A stretch of DNA of 32,000 bases from Mycolicibacterium smegmatis (GCF_001457595.1 NZ_LN831039.1:1800001-1832000), one strand, 5' to 3'; positions 15,319-27,146 are shown, counted from the stretch's first letter. Numbers and translations are program-made. The notes: generated from the sequence alone by a model not told the origin.

Positions 15319-16859
15319 ACAGTTCAACGCACACAGATGTCGTCATCGTCGGGGCCGGGCCCAACGGCCTGCTGCTGGCCGGCGAACTGGCGCTGGCCGG
15401 AGTACGCCCCGTGGTGCTCGAGCGCCTGCCACAGCCCAGTCCCGAGTTGAAGGCCAACGGAATCGTCGGCCAGGTGCACCGGATCCTCGACATGCGGGGC
15501 CTGTACCAGTTGCTGACCGGATCCAGCGCCCCGCCCCAGCCGTTGGACGGCTACATCTTCGCCGGCATGCGCGTGCCGTTCACCGGTGTGGACGACAACC
15601 CGATGTACGGCATGTTCATCAAACAACCGCAGGTCGTGCGCCAACTCGCGGACTGGGTACGGGATCTGGGCGTGGAGATCCGGTGGGGCCACGGACTGGC
15701 CGATATGGCGCCGCGGCCCGACGGGGTGACGCTGAACGTCACCTCACCCACGGGGAATCACCGTCTGCACGCCACATACCTGGTCGGTGCGGACGGTGGG
15801 CGCTCCACGGTCCGCAAGGCCATGGGTGTCGGGTTCCCCGGCGTCACCTCTCCGGTCGTCGCGCGCGTGGCGCATGTCAGCATCCCCGACCGGCTGCGTG
15901 GAAGCGGCGCGTTGGAGGTCCCCGGATTCGGCCGTATCCCGTTCGGCCACAACCGTTTCGACCACGGGGTGTTCATGTACATGGAGTTCGAGCCGGGACG
16001 CCCGCTGGTCGGCACGCTCGAGTACGGCGCGCTGCTGCCCGCTGACGCTCCCGCGGTGACCGTGGACGAACTTCGGGACAGCGTGACGCGCATCCTCGGT
16101 GTCGAGGTGCCGATCGGACCGCCATCCGGGCCAGGGCCACACGCGTTGCGCCGCATCAACGGTCAGAACACCCGCCAGGCCGAGCAATATCGCGTCGGCA
16201 ACGTGTTCCTGATCGGCGACGCGGCGCACGTGCACTCCGCGGTGGGCGGCCCCGGGCTCAACCTCGGGATGCAGGACGCGACGAACCTCGGGTGGAAACT
16301 GGCCGCGGCCGTGCACGGTTGGGCGCCGTCAGGTTTGCTCGACACCTACCACGGTGAGCGGCACCCGGCCGGCGAGCGCGTGCTGATGCAGTCCATGGCG
16401 CAGACCGCGCTGCTGGCCGGCGGACCCGAAGTCGGCGCGCTGCGAACACTTTTCGGTGAGCTGCTCGCCACGACGGACGGTGCGGAACACATTGCGCACG
16501 TGCTCGCCGGTGCCGACGTCCGCTACGACGTGGGGGATGGGCATCCGCTGTCGGGGCGTCTGGTGCCCGAGGTGGTGTTCGACGACGGCCGCAGGCTCGC
16601 CGACCTCATGCGGGCCGCGCGGCCCGTGTTGCTCGATCTCGACGGCGGAGCGTACGCCGCAGCGGCGATCGATTGGCGTGACCGGGTCGACGTCATCACC
16701 GCGGCGGCTGCGGAACGTCCTGCGCCCGCGCTGCTGATCCGTCCGGACGGGTATCTCGCCTGGGCCGCAACGGGGTCGGGCGCCGATGAGCACCAGCGCA
16801 TGCGCCGCGCGCTCGGACGCTGGTTCGGCGAGGCGCACGCCAGCCTCGCGCACGCCTGA
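15315..16859 (+). CDS. FAD-dependent group A aromatic-ring/antibiotic monooxygenase with a C-terminal thioredoxin-like domain (PgaE/RdmE/Rox-like), 514 aa
   Basis: GxGxxG (DVVIVGAGPNGLLLAGEL), DG motif (LVGADGGRSTVRK), GD motif (FLIGDAAHVHSAVGGPGLNLGMQDATNLGWKLA), then GWAPSGLLDTYHGERHP and a C-terminal LLIRPDGYLAWAA segment typical of this subfamily. Confidence 0.8.
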   Translation: MNSSTHTDVVIVGAGPNGLLLAGELALAGVRPVVLERLPQPSPELKANGIVGQVHRILDMRGLYQLLTGSSAPPQPLDGYIFAGMRVPFTGVDDNPMYGMFIKQPQVVRQLADWVRDLGVEIRWGHGLADMAPRPDGVTLNVTSPTGNHRLHATYLVGADGGRSTVRKAMGVGFPGVTSPVVARVAHVSIPDRLRGSGALEVPGFGRIPFGHNRFDHGVFMYMEFEPGRPLVGTLEYGALLPADAPAVTVDELRDSVTRILGVEVPIGPPSGPGPHALRRINGQNTRQAEQYRVGNVFLIGDAAHVHSAVGGPGLNLGMQDATNLGWKLAAAVHGWAPSGLLDTYHGERHPAGERVLMQSMAQTALLAGGPEVGALRTLFGELLATTDGAEHIAHVLAGADVRYDVGDGHPLSGRLVPEVVFDDGRRLADLMRAARPVLLDLDGGAYAAAAIDWRDRVDVITAAAAERPAPALLIRPDGYLAWAATGSGADEHQRMRRALGRWFGEAHASLAHA

Positions 16860-16862
16860 GAA

Positions 16863-17600
16863 CTAGGCCAGGGTGGCCCGCATGCACACGGTCACGTACG
16901 GCAGCGCCAGGCCGTTCGAGTTGGCCAGGGCCGGGTGGGTGGACAGCAGTTCCCGCACCTGCCCGAGCGTGCGTGTGCGCACCTGCTCGGGTGAGGTGAT
17001 GCAGTAGCTGCGGGAGGCCACCAGGTCGATGAGCGCCTGCGGCGTCAGGTAACTGGTCCACTCGACGTGGTGGCGTTCGAGGTCGGTGAACGGTGCGGGC
17101 AGCGTCACCTCGTGGGCGAACGGGTCCTCGTGACCGATGATGTTGCCCAGGTCCTTGACCCAGCCCAGACGTTCGTCGCGGACGTTCCACACCAGGCCCA
17201 GGCGGCCGCCGGGCCGCAGCACGCGGCTGACCTCCTTGACCGCGAGTTCCGGGTCGAACCAGTGCCACGCCTGCGCCACCAGCACCGCGTCGACGCTGTT
17301 GTCCGGCAACGGGATCTCTTCGGCGGTGCCCAGCAGGGCCGGGGTGTCGGGCAGTGAGTTGGACAGCAACTCGAGCATCTCGGCGAGCGGGTCGACCGCG
17401 ATGACGTTGAGCCCGCGCTCCACCAGGCGCGTGGTGAGTTTGCCGGTGCCCGCCCCCAGGTCCAGCACGTCGTGCGCGCCATCCGGAAGCAGCCAGTCGA
17501 TGGCCTCCGGGGGATAGGAGGGCCTGCCGCGTTCGTAGGCCGCCGCTTCGGAACCGAACGACAGGGAACGTTGCTGCTTCAAGGGGTCGGATGGCGTCAC
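16863..17600 (-). CDS. Class I SAM-dependent methyltransferase (Rv3342-like), 245 aa
   Basis: Part of ORF 16863..17798. The GTG at 17600 overlaps the metX stop (GTGA). SAM-binding motif is [12 protein letters not shown], followed by AVDPLAEML and [13 protein letters not shown]. Confidence 0.8.
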   Translation of the reverse strand: MTPSDPLKQQRSLSFGSEAAAYERGRPSYPPEAIDWLLPDGAHDVLDLGAGTGKLTTRLVERGLNVIAVDPLAEMLELLSNSLPDTPALLGTAEEIPLPDNSVDAVLVAQAWHWFDPELAVKEVSRVLRPGGRLGLVWNVRDERLGWVKDLGNIIGHEDPFAHEVTLPAPFTDLERHHVEWTSYLTPQALIDLVASRSYCITSPEQVRTRTLGQVRELLSTHPALANSNGLALPYVTVCMRATLA

Positions 17601-18763
17601 CGTTGTGCAAGCTCCAATGTTCTCCGGATGAGCTTGCCGACCAGCTCGGTCTCGACGAGGAATCCGTCGTGTCCGTAGATCGAGTCGACCACGTCCAGGC
17701 CCTGACAGCCGGGGAGCAGTTCGGCGAGCTCTTGCTGTAAACGGATCGGGTACAACCGGTCCGACGTGATCCCACCGACCACGACCGGTACCGGACAACT
17801 GCGCAGCGCGGCCTCGACGCCGCCCCGGCCGCGACCCACGTCATGGCTGGACAGCGCGTCGCTGAGCACCACGTAGGTTCCCGGGTCGAACCGGCGCGCG
17901 AGCTTGCCGCCCTGGTACTCCAGGTAGCTCTGCACGGCGTACCGGCCCCCGGTGAGGGGATCCTCGTCGTCCTGGGGGGTGTTGGCGAAGCGGTCGTCGA
18001 GTTCCTCTTCGCCGCGGTAGGTCAGATGCGCGAACCGGCGGGCGATCTCCATGCCCTCGGTGGGCGCGCGACCGGTGCCGTGGTAGTCGCCGCCCTGCCA
18101 GTCCGGATCGGCCTTGATCGCGGCCACCTGGGTGCTCTGCGTGCCGATCTGGTCGGCCGTGGCACGGGCGCCGACCGCCAGCACCAGGCCCGCGCGCACG
18201 TCGTCGGGGTGCGTGACGAGCCACTCCAGCGCGCGTGCGCCGCCCATCGAGCCGCCGACCACAGCTGCGACCTCGGTGATGCCCAGCGCCGCGAGCGCGG
18301 CGCGGTCGGCGGCCACCTGGTCGCGGATGGTGATCTGGGGAAACCGTGAGCCCCACGGCTTTCCGTCCGGCGCGAGCGATCCGGGACCAGTCGAGCCGCG
18401 GCAGCCGCCCAGCACGTTGGTCGCGATCGCGCACCAGTGGTCGGTGTCGATCGGGGCGCCGGGCCCCGCGACGCCGTCCCACCATCCCGCGGTCGGGTGT
18501 CCGTCGCCGGCCGGCCCGGTGACGTGGGAGTCGCCGGTGAGCGCGTGCAGAACCATCACCACGTTGCCGCGGTCGGGTGCGAGTTCGCCCCACCGCTGCA
18601 CCGCGATCGTGACGTCCGGCAGCACGGTGCCGTTCTCAAGCGTCAGCGCGCCGATGTGGACCAGGCCGATCTCACCTTCGGCGGGCAGGGGGACGGTGGC
18701 CATGCCGGTGTCCGTGGCTCGTTCTTCGATGATCGTCACAACATTTCTTCCCGCCCGGCTCAC
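17597..18763 (-). CDS. metX: Homoserine O-acetyltransferase (Rv3341-like)
   Basis: Alpha/beta hydrolase with the nucleophile elbow GGSMGGA, collinear with M. tuberculosis MetA/MetX (LPAEGEIGL..., [31 protein letters not shown]). The GTG at 18763 overlaps the metY stop (GTGA). GTG at 18739 or ATG at 18703 are possible alternative starts. Confidence 0.9.
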   Translation of the reverse strand: MSRAGRNVVTIIEERATDTGMATVPLPAEGEIGLVHIGALTLENGTVLPDVTIAVQRWGELAPDRGNVVMVLHALTGDSHVTGPAGDGHPTAGWWDGVAGPGAPIDTDHWCAIATNVLGGCRGSTGPGSLAPDGKPWGSRFPQITIRDQVAADRAALAALGITEVAAVVGGSMGGARALEWLVTHPDDVRAGLVLAVGARATADQIGTQSTQVAAIKADPDWQGGDYHGTGRAPTEGMEIARRFAHLTYRGEEELDDRFANTPQDDEDPLTGGRYAVQSYLEYQGGKLARRFDPGTYVVLSDALSSHDVGRGRGGVEAALRSCPVPVVVGGITSDRLYPIRLQQELAELLPGCQGLDVVDSIYGHDGFLVETELVGKLIRRTLELAQR

Positions 18764-20091
18764 ACCGTCTGGGCCGTCTGGGCCGCGCCGCTGAACGGGC
18801 GCGCGGCGGCGAACCCCTGCTCCAGGTCGGCGATGATGTCGTCGATGCCTTCGAGGCCGACCGCCAGGCGCACCAGGCCCGGCGTGACACCCGTCGACAG
18901 CTGCTCCTCGGGGCTCAGCTGCTGGTGCGTCGTCGACGCCGGGTGGATCACCAGCGACCGCACGTCGCCGATGTTGGCGACGTGACTGTGCAGCGTCAGC
19001 GCGTTCACGAAGGCCTTACCGGCCTCCAGGCCGCCCGACAGCTCGAACGCGAGCACCGCGCCGGTGCCCTTGGGGGCGAGTTTGCGGCCCAGCTCGTACC
19101 ACGGCGAGGACGGCAGGCCCGCGTAGTTCACCGACGACACGTCGGGGTGGTTCTCCAGGAACTCGGCGACCTTCTGCGCGTTGGCGACATGGCGCTCGAC
19201 GCGCAGCGACAGGGTCTCCAGACCCTGCGCGATCAGGAACGCGTTGAACGGGGCGGCCGCCGAGCCCAGGTCACGCAGCAGTTGCACGCGTGCCTTCAGG
19301 GCGTAGGCCGGCGCACCGAGCTCGGCGAACACCACACCGTGGTAGCTGGGATCCGGTTCGGTGAAGCCGGGGAACTTGCCGTTGGTCCAGTCGAACGTGC
19401 CGCCGTCGACGATGACGCCCGCGATCGCCGATCCGTGCCCGCCCAGGTACTTGGTGGCCGAGTGCACGACGATGTCGGCGCCGTGGGCGATCGGCTGGAT
19501 CAGGTACGGCGTGGCGATCGTGTTGTCGACGATCAACGGGACGCCCGCCTCGTGCGCGATCGCGGCGACGTTCGGGATGTCGAGGATGTCGATCTGGGGG
19601 TTGGAGATCGTCTCGGCGAAGAACGCCTTGGTGTTCGGGCGTACCGCCGCGCGCCACGACTCCAGATCGTCGGGGTTCTCGACGAACGTGGTCTCGATGC
19701 CCAGCTTGGGCAGCGTGTAGTGCAGTAGGTTGTAGGTGCCGCCGTACAGGCGCGGGCTGGACACGATGTGGTCGCCGGCCTTGGCGATGTTGAGGATCGC
19801 GAACGTCTCGGCGGCCTGCCCTGAGGACAGGAACAGCGCCGCGACGCCACCCTCGAGTGCGGCGATGCGCTGCTCGACGACGTCGGTGGTGGGGTTGCCG
19901 ATGCGGGTGTAGATGTTGCCGGGAACCTCAAGGCCGAACAGGGCCGCGGCATGGCTGGTGTCGTCGAAGGTGTACGACGTGGTCTGGTAGATCGGCAGCG
20001 CACGGGCGTGGGTCGCGCTGTCGGGCGACTGACCCGCGTGGATCTGCTTGGTCTCGAACGACCAGTTCTCGGTGGGATCGGGGGTGGTCAT
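18760..20091 (-). CDS. metY: O-acetylhomoserine sulfhydrylase / aminocarboxypropyltransferase (Rv3340-like), 443 aa
   Basis: Part of ORF 18760..20325. ATG at 20091 is preceded by [28 protein letters not shown] is the typical N-terminus, and the PLP-lysine motif [11 protein letters not shown] is present. The upstream in-frame extension would run into the riboswitch. Confidence 0.9.
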   Translation of the reverse strand: MTTPDPTENWSFETKQIHAGQSPDSATHARALPIYQTTSYTFDDTSHAAALFGLEVPGNIYTRIGNPTTDVVEQRIAALEGGVAALFLSSGQAAETFAILNIAKAGDHIVSSPRLYGGTYNLLHYTLPKLGIETTFVENPDDLESWRAAVRPNTKAFFAETISNPQIDILDIPNVAAIAHEAGVPLIVDNTIATPYLIQPIAHGADIVVHSATKYLGGHGSAIAGVIVDGGTFDWTNGKFPGFTEPDPSYHGVVFAELGAPAYALKARVQLLRDLGSAAAPFNAFLIAQGLETLSLRVERHVANAQKVAEFLENHPDVSSVNYAGLPSSPWYELGRKLAPKGTGAVLAFELSGGLEAGKAFVNALTLHSHVANIGDVRSLVIHPASTTHQQLSPEEQLSTGVTPGLVRLAVGLEGIDDIIADLEQGFAAARPFSGAAQTAQTV

Positions 20092-20280
20092 AGAGGGTCT
20101 CCTCCGCGAGCTCGGGGGCGAATGAGGGGTGAAAGCGGCTGGACGGCCGGCGCCTAGGGCGAGCCGGACCCGGGTGCGCACATACAGATGAACACCGCGG
20201 GTGGGTGTGAACGATTCACGAACAACGACACATGGTTGGCCTCCATCAGGTTTCCCTGTCTCTCTGGGGCCCGAACCTGC

Positions 20281-20411
20281 GGACCCGCGCTTGCCTTGCG
20301 GCCGACGGAGGAATCCGTCAACCACTCAACCTGGTCATCACCCGGGGCACCCCACCGCGGTTGGAGGGTTGCCGGCCAGCAAGCCGGGGCTTGTCGCTGG
20401 CGCTCATGACC
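20281..20411 (-). promoter_or_regulatory. SAM-IV riboswitch aptamer in the metY-metX leader
   Basis: Minus-strand RNA: GGUCAUGAGCGCCAGCGACAAGCCCCGGCUUGCUGGCCGGCAACCCUCCAACCGCGGUGGGGUGCCCCGGGUGAUGACCAGGUUGAGUGGUUGACGGAUUCCUCCGUCGGCCGCAAGGCAAGCGCGGGUCC. P1 is GGUCAU/AUGACC; P2 is GCCAGC/GCUGGC enclosing AAGCC/GGCUU; P3 lies around CCGCGG; the 3' hairpin is GACGGA/UCCGUC. The core is almost identical to the mycobacterial SAM-IV aptamer as I remember it, and the gene context is canonical. A -10-like TAGTCT (20424-20419) lies 7 nt upstream of the first G. Confidence 0.9.
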
Positions 20412-20560
20412 GACAAAGAGACTATCCCACCGCTCACAGTCGGTGCCACCGGGTTCACCCCGCGGCCCAGCCCGCGTTGGAGCCCCGACCGGCTCAGCGG
20501 CCCGCGCGATAAGGTCTTTACCGACGAGAAAAGACCGACAGTGACGTTCGGAGAGGAACC

Positions 20561-22792
<2,232 letters not shown>

Positions 22793-22799
22793 CCCGATC

Positions 22800-22857
22800 C
22801 CGAGATTGCACTGAGGGACAGGATCCGCGTGGATCCTGTCCCTCTTTGCAATCTCGG
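22800..22857. terminator. Nested long hairpin between convergent icd and the hydrolase gene (probable bidirectional terminator without a U tract)
   Basis: Outer stem CCGAGATTGCA (22800-22810) pairs with TGCAATCTCGG (22847-22857). Inner perfect 12-bp stem GGGACAGGATCC (22815-22826) pairs with GGATCCTGTCCC (22831-22842), loop GCGT. A symmetric 4x4 internal loop separates the stems. Confidence 0.55.
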
Positions 22858-22868
22858 CGTCCTAGGCG

Positions 22869-23708
22869 TCAGCCGGCCGCGCGGCCCCGCTCGGTATGGC
22901 GGTCGACGAACTCGGTGATCAGTTCGGTGACGCGGCCGGGCGCCTCGAACATCGGCACGTGGCCCACCCCGTCGAGATGGGTGACCTCGGCGTTGGCAGG
23001 CAGGTGCCGGGTGAAGTGCCGGGTGAACCGGGGGTGGGGGAGCACGCGGTCCTTCTCGCAGATCACCAGGTGTGTCGGCGTGCACGAGTTGGGCAGCTCC
23101 ATCAGGCCCGCGGTGGTCAGCGACTTGAGCAGGAGCTTGTGGTAGGCCGGGCAGTGCGCGAGGTCGTCGATGAGGTCGCGGCGGTCATCGTCGGTGAGCG
23201 AGTCGGCCGTCGCGGCGACCGCCACGTAGGAGATGTGGCGGGTGAACGGCAGCCGGTGCACGCGCTGGCCCAGCAGTTTCGTGGCCAGCACGATCGGCAG
23301 ACCGCCGACGAACTTCGCGACGATCTCGTACTTGGCCGGTGTGAAGCGCGTCCACCCGCCCGCGGGCGCGATGCCGGTCAGCGTCCGCGCGCGGCCGCGA
23401 CGCTCCAGTTCGAACGCCACCCAGCCGCCCAGCGAGTTGCCGACGATGTGGGCGGTGGTCCAGCCGACCTCGTCCATACGGCGCTCGATGTCGTCGGCCA
23501 GATGCGCGACGTCCAGCAGGAACGGCCCGCGGGGCCCGCCGTTGTGGTCGGCCATCGTGGGGGCGAACACCTCGTAGCGGCCGGTGTCGGCGAGTTGCGG
23601 AGCGACGTACTTCCACACGCTCTGCGACAGCAGGAACGGGTGCAGCAGCAGGATCGGCTCGGTGTTGCCGTCGCGGGAGCCCAGGTGGATGGGTGCACGT
23701 TCAACCAT
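22869..23708 (-). CDS. Alpha/beta-fold hydrolase, 279 aa
   Basis: C-terminal part of ORF 22869..25103, with ATG at 23708 (MVERAPIHLGSRDGNTEPILLLHPF...). Oxyanion HPF motif, nucleophile elbow GNSLGG and a C-terminal GHVPMFE histidine motif are present. The remainder of the 744-aa ORF is antisense to xthA and trpS. Confidence 0.8.
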   Translation of the reverse strand: MVERAPIHLGSRDGNTEPILLLHPFLLSQSVWKYVAPQLADTGRYEVFAPTMADHNGGPRGPFLLDVAHLADDIERRMDEVGWTTAHIVGNSLGGWVAFELERRGRARTLTGIAPAGGWTRFTPAKYEIVAKFVGGLPIVLATKLLGQRVHRLPFTRHISYVAVAATADSLTDDDRRDLIDDLAHCPAYHKLLLKSLTTAGLMELPNSCTPTHLVICEKDRVLPHPRFTRHFTRHLPANAEVTHLDGVGHVPMFEAPGRVTELITEFVDRHTERGRAAG

Positions 23709-23762
23709 GAGGCCCGAGGTTAAGGTGATACCGCCGGTACCGCAAGGTCGGCCCTGCCGGCG

Positions 23763-24614
23763 GTGTCGGGCCGTATCGGTAGGGTCTCGGCCGTGGCTTC
23801 CCCGCAGACTCTGACCGTCACCACCATCAACGTCAACGGCGCCCGCGCGGCCTGCAAGGAGCGCTCCACCGAGAACCTGGGCATGCTGGCCTGGCTCAAG
23901 CAGACGCGCGCGGACGTGATCTGCATGCAGGAGACCCGCTGCGAGGACGATCAACTGGCGGCCACATTCGAGACCGCGTTCGCCGACGGGTGGCACCTGG
24001 CATCGGCCCCGTCTGAGCGCAAGGGTCGCAACGGTGTCGCGGTGCTGTCGCGCACGCCGTTCGACGACATCCGGATCGGCTGCGGCGCCGAGGAATTCGA
24101 CACCCACGGGCGCTGGATCGAGGTCGACACCGCGGGCATCACCGTGGTCAGCGTGTACGTCCCCACCGGCGAGGCCGAGACCGAGCGGCAACTGGAGAAA
24201 GAGCGGTTCATGGCCGGGGTCTCCAAGCGCATGGCGCAATTGCAGGCCGGTGACCGTGAGGCGCTGGTGTGCGGTGACTGGAACATCGGTCACACCGAGA
24301 ACGACATCAAGAACTGGAAGGGCAACGTCAAGAAGTCCGGTTTCCTGCCCGAGGAGCGGGCGTGGGTCAGCGGCCTGCTGGCCTCCGGGTGGGTCGACGC
24401 CGTGCGCCAGTTGCACGGGGACGTGCCCGGCCCCTACTCGTGGTGGTCGTGGCGCGGCAAGGCGTTCGACAACGACGCCGGATGGCGCATCGACTACCAC
24501 CTGGTCACGCCGGGCCTCGCGGACCGGCTCGTGGCGGGCGGCACCGAACGCCCCGAGGCGTACGCCCTGCGCTGGTCCGACCACGCCCCGGTCACGGTGG
24601 AGTTCAGCGCATGA
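23763..24614 (+). CDS. xthA: Exodeoxyribonuclease III / AP endonuclease (ExoIII family)
   Basis: TINVNG, ICMQETR, GRNGVAVLS, VCGDWNIGH, WRIDYHL and WSDHAPV motifs are all present. GTG start at 23763; GTG at 23793 is an alternative. Confidence 0.85.
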   Translation: MSGRIGRVSAVASPQTLTVTTINVNGARAACKERSTENLGMLAWLKQTRADVICMQETRCEDDQLAATFETAFADGWHLASAPSERKGRNGVAVLSRTPFDDIRIGCGAEEFDTHGRWIEVDTAGITVVSVYVPTGEAETERQLEKERFMAGVSKRMAQLQAGDREALVCGDWNIGHTENDIKNWKGNVKKSGFLPEERAWVSGLLASGWVDAVRQLHGDVPGPYSWWSWRGKAFDNDAGWRIDYHLVTPGLADRLVAGGTERPEAYALRWSDHAPVTVEFSA

Positions 24615-25646
<1,032 letters not shown>

Positions 25647-25660
25647 CGCCAGGAGGTGGC

Positions 25661-26698
25661 ATGACCGAACCCGCCGACGAGTCGGCCAAACCCGGCCTGC
25701 TGGACCGGCTGAAGGCCAGGTGGCCGTGGTTCGACCATGTCATGCGCGCCCAGGAGCGCTACAACGACAGCAAAGGCGACTTCTACGCCGCGGGGATCAC
25801 CTATTTCACGATCTTCGCGTTGTTCCCTCTGCTCATGGTGGGCTTCGCGGTCGGCGGGTTCGTCCTGGCGAGCCAGCCGGAACTGATGGACCAGCTCGAG
25901 GACAGGATCCGCCAGGCCGTCAGCGGTGACCTCGGCGCGCAACTCGTCCAGTTGATGGATTCGGCGATCGATTCGCGCACGTCGGTCGGCGTGATCGGTC
26001 TGGCCACCGCGGCGTGGGCCGGGCTGGGCTGGATGGCCAACCTGCGCGAGGCCCTGTCGCAGATGTGGGGGCTGTTCCGCGAGGAGAAGCCCGGATTCGT
26101 GCGGACCAAGCTCTCGGACCTGTTGGCGCTGCTGTCGGCGTTCGTCGCGATCATCCTGACGATCGGTCTGACCGCGCTGGGCAGTTCGACGGCGATCGAG
26201 AACGTGCTCACCCGCATCGGCATGCCGGATTCCGTCGGACTGTCGATATTGCTGTGGGTGCTGTCGGTGCTGATGTCGCTGTTCGTGTCATGGCTGCTGT
26301 TCACGTGGATGATCGCGCGGCTGCCCCGGGAGTCGGTCACCTTCCGCAGCAGTCTGCGGGCCGGCCTGCTCGCAGCCGTCGGATTCGAGATCTTCAAACA
26401 ACTCGCGTCGATCTACCTGAAGTCGGTGATCACCGGACCGGCCGGTGCCACATTCGGTCCGGTGCTGGGCCTCATGGTGTTCGCCTACATCACCGCGCGG
26501 CTCGTGCTGTTCGCCACGGCATGGGCCGCCACGGCCGAGGAGAACCTGGAGGCCGCTCGCGTGCTGCCGCCCGAGCCCGTGCAGATCACCACACGTGTGC
26601 AGGTCCGTGAAGGCGCCGGGGTGCCCGCGATGCTGACGGCCGCGGCTGCCGGGGCGGTGGGCGGATTCGGGTTGTCGCGGTTGCGGTTCCGGCAGTGA
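25661..26698 (+). CDS. YihY/BrkB family membrane protein (formerly called ribonuclease BN-like; Rv3335c-like)
   Basis: 345 aa. DSKGDFYAAGITYFTIFALFPLLMV is the family N-terminal signature, followed by about 6 TM helices. A weak hairpin plus T4 lies at the stop (26689-26707). Confidence 0.8.
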   Translation: MTEPADESAKPGLLDRLKARWPWFDHVMRAQERYNDSKGDFYAAGITYFTIFALFPLLMVGFAVGGFVLASQPELMDQLEDRIRQAVSGDLGAQLVQLMDSAIDSRTSVGVIGLATAAWAGLGWMANLREALSQMWGLFREEKPGFVRTKLSDLLALLSAFVAIILTIGLTALGSSTAIENVLTRIGMPDSVGLSILLWVLSVLMSLFVSWLLFTWMIARLPRESVTFRSSLRAGLLAAVGFEIFKQLASIYLKSVITGPAGATFGPVLGLMVFAYITARLVLFATAWAATAEENLEAARVLPPEPVQITTRVQVREGAGVPAMLTAAAAGAVGGFGLSRLRFRQ

Positions 26699-26719
26699 GC
26701 CGGTTTTCAGCCGAGCCGG

Positions 26720-27037
26720 TCAGTGGGAGACGAGCTTGAGCCCGATGACGCAGCCGACCACGCCGAGGATCAGCAGGATCTTGATCAGTGACGTCGACTC
26801 GGCGCCCGTGAGCATCGCGTAGCCGACCGTGAGCGACGCGCCGATGCCCACCCACACCGAATAGCTGGTGCCCGGCGGCAGCGTGCGCATCGCGACGGCG
26901 AGCCCGACCAACGACACCGGCGCCGAGATCAGGAAGATCACCGACGGCCACAGCCGCGTGAACGCCTCGCTCTTGCTCAGCGCGGAGGCCCAGACGGCTT
27001 CCATCACACCCGAGACAACAAGAATCAACCAAGCCAT
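26720..27037 (-). CDS. gdx: SMR family exporter of the SugE/Gdx (guanidinium exporter) subtype, 105 aa
   Basis: C-terminal part of ORF 26720..27967, with ATG at 27037. The product MAWLILVVSGVMEAVWASALSKS... has four TM helices and the conserved membrane-embedded Glu (VMEAVWA). It is preceded by a guanidine-III riboswitch. Confidence 0.85.
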   Translation of the reverse strand: MAWLILVVSGVMEAVWASALSKSEAFTRLWPSVIFLISAPVSLVGLAVAMRTLPPGTSYSVWVGIGASLTVGYAMLTGAESTSLIKILLILGVVGCVIGLKLVSH

Positions 27038-27053
27038 TGAGATCTCTCTTTGA

Positions 27054-27096
27054 GGCCCGTCTTGTCGCTGGCCGGGTACGGGCGCCCCTCGTCCGG
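27054..27096 (-). promoter_or_regulatory. Guanidine-III (ykkC-III) riboswitch
   Basis: Minus-strand RNA CCGGACGAGGGGCGCCCGUACCCGGCCAGCGACAAGACGGGCC matches the remembered 41-nt Thermobifida fusca guanidine-III RNA (CCGGACGAGGUGCGCCGUACCCGGUCAGGACAAGACGGCGC). The invariant CCGGACGAGG, ACCCGG and GACAAGACGG blocks are kept, and the pseudoknot stem covaries (GCCCGU:ACGGGC). It ends 16 nt before the gdx ATG. Confidence 0.85.
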
Positions 27097-27146
27097 TGCC
27101 ATGTGCTGGCGTCGCAAAGTTTAACAACGCCGTAAGCTCGCTGGTT

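Noticed and set aside
20092-20325. In-frame upstream extension of metY (ORF 18760..20325, 521 aa)
   Set aside because: The extra 78 codons give Arg/Pro/Gly-rich noise and run into the SAM-IV aptamer. The ATG at 20091 has a strong GGAGGAG SD and gives the family-typical N-terminus.
26689-26707. Small hairpin CCGGC-AGTGA-GCCGG followed by TTTT at the yihY stop
   Set aside because: The stem is only 5 bp, which is too weak to call a terminator with confidence in GC-rich DNA. I mention it only as supporting detail for the yihY feature.
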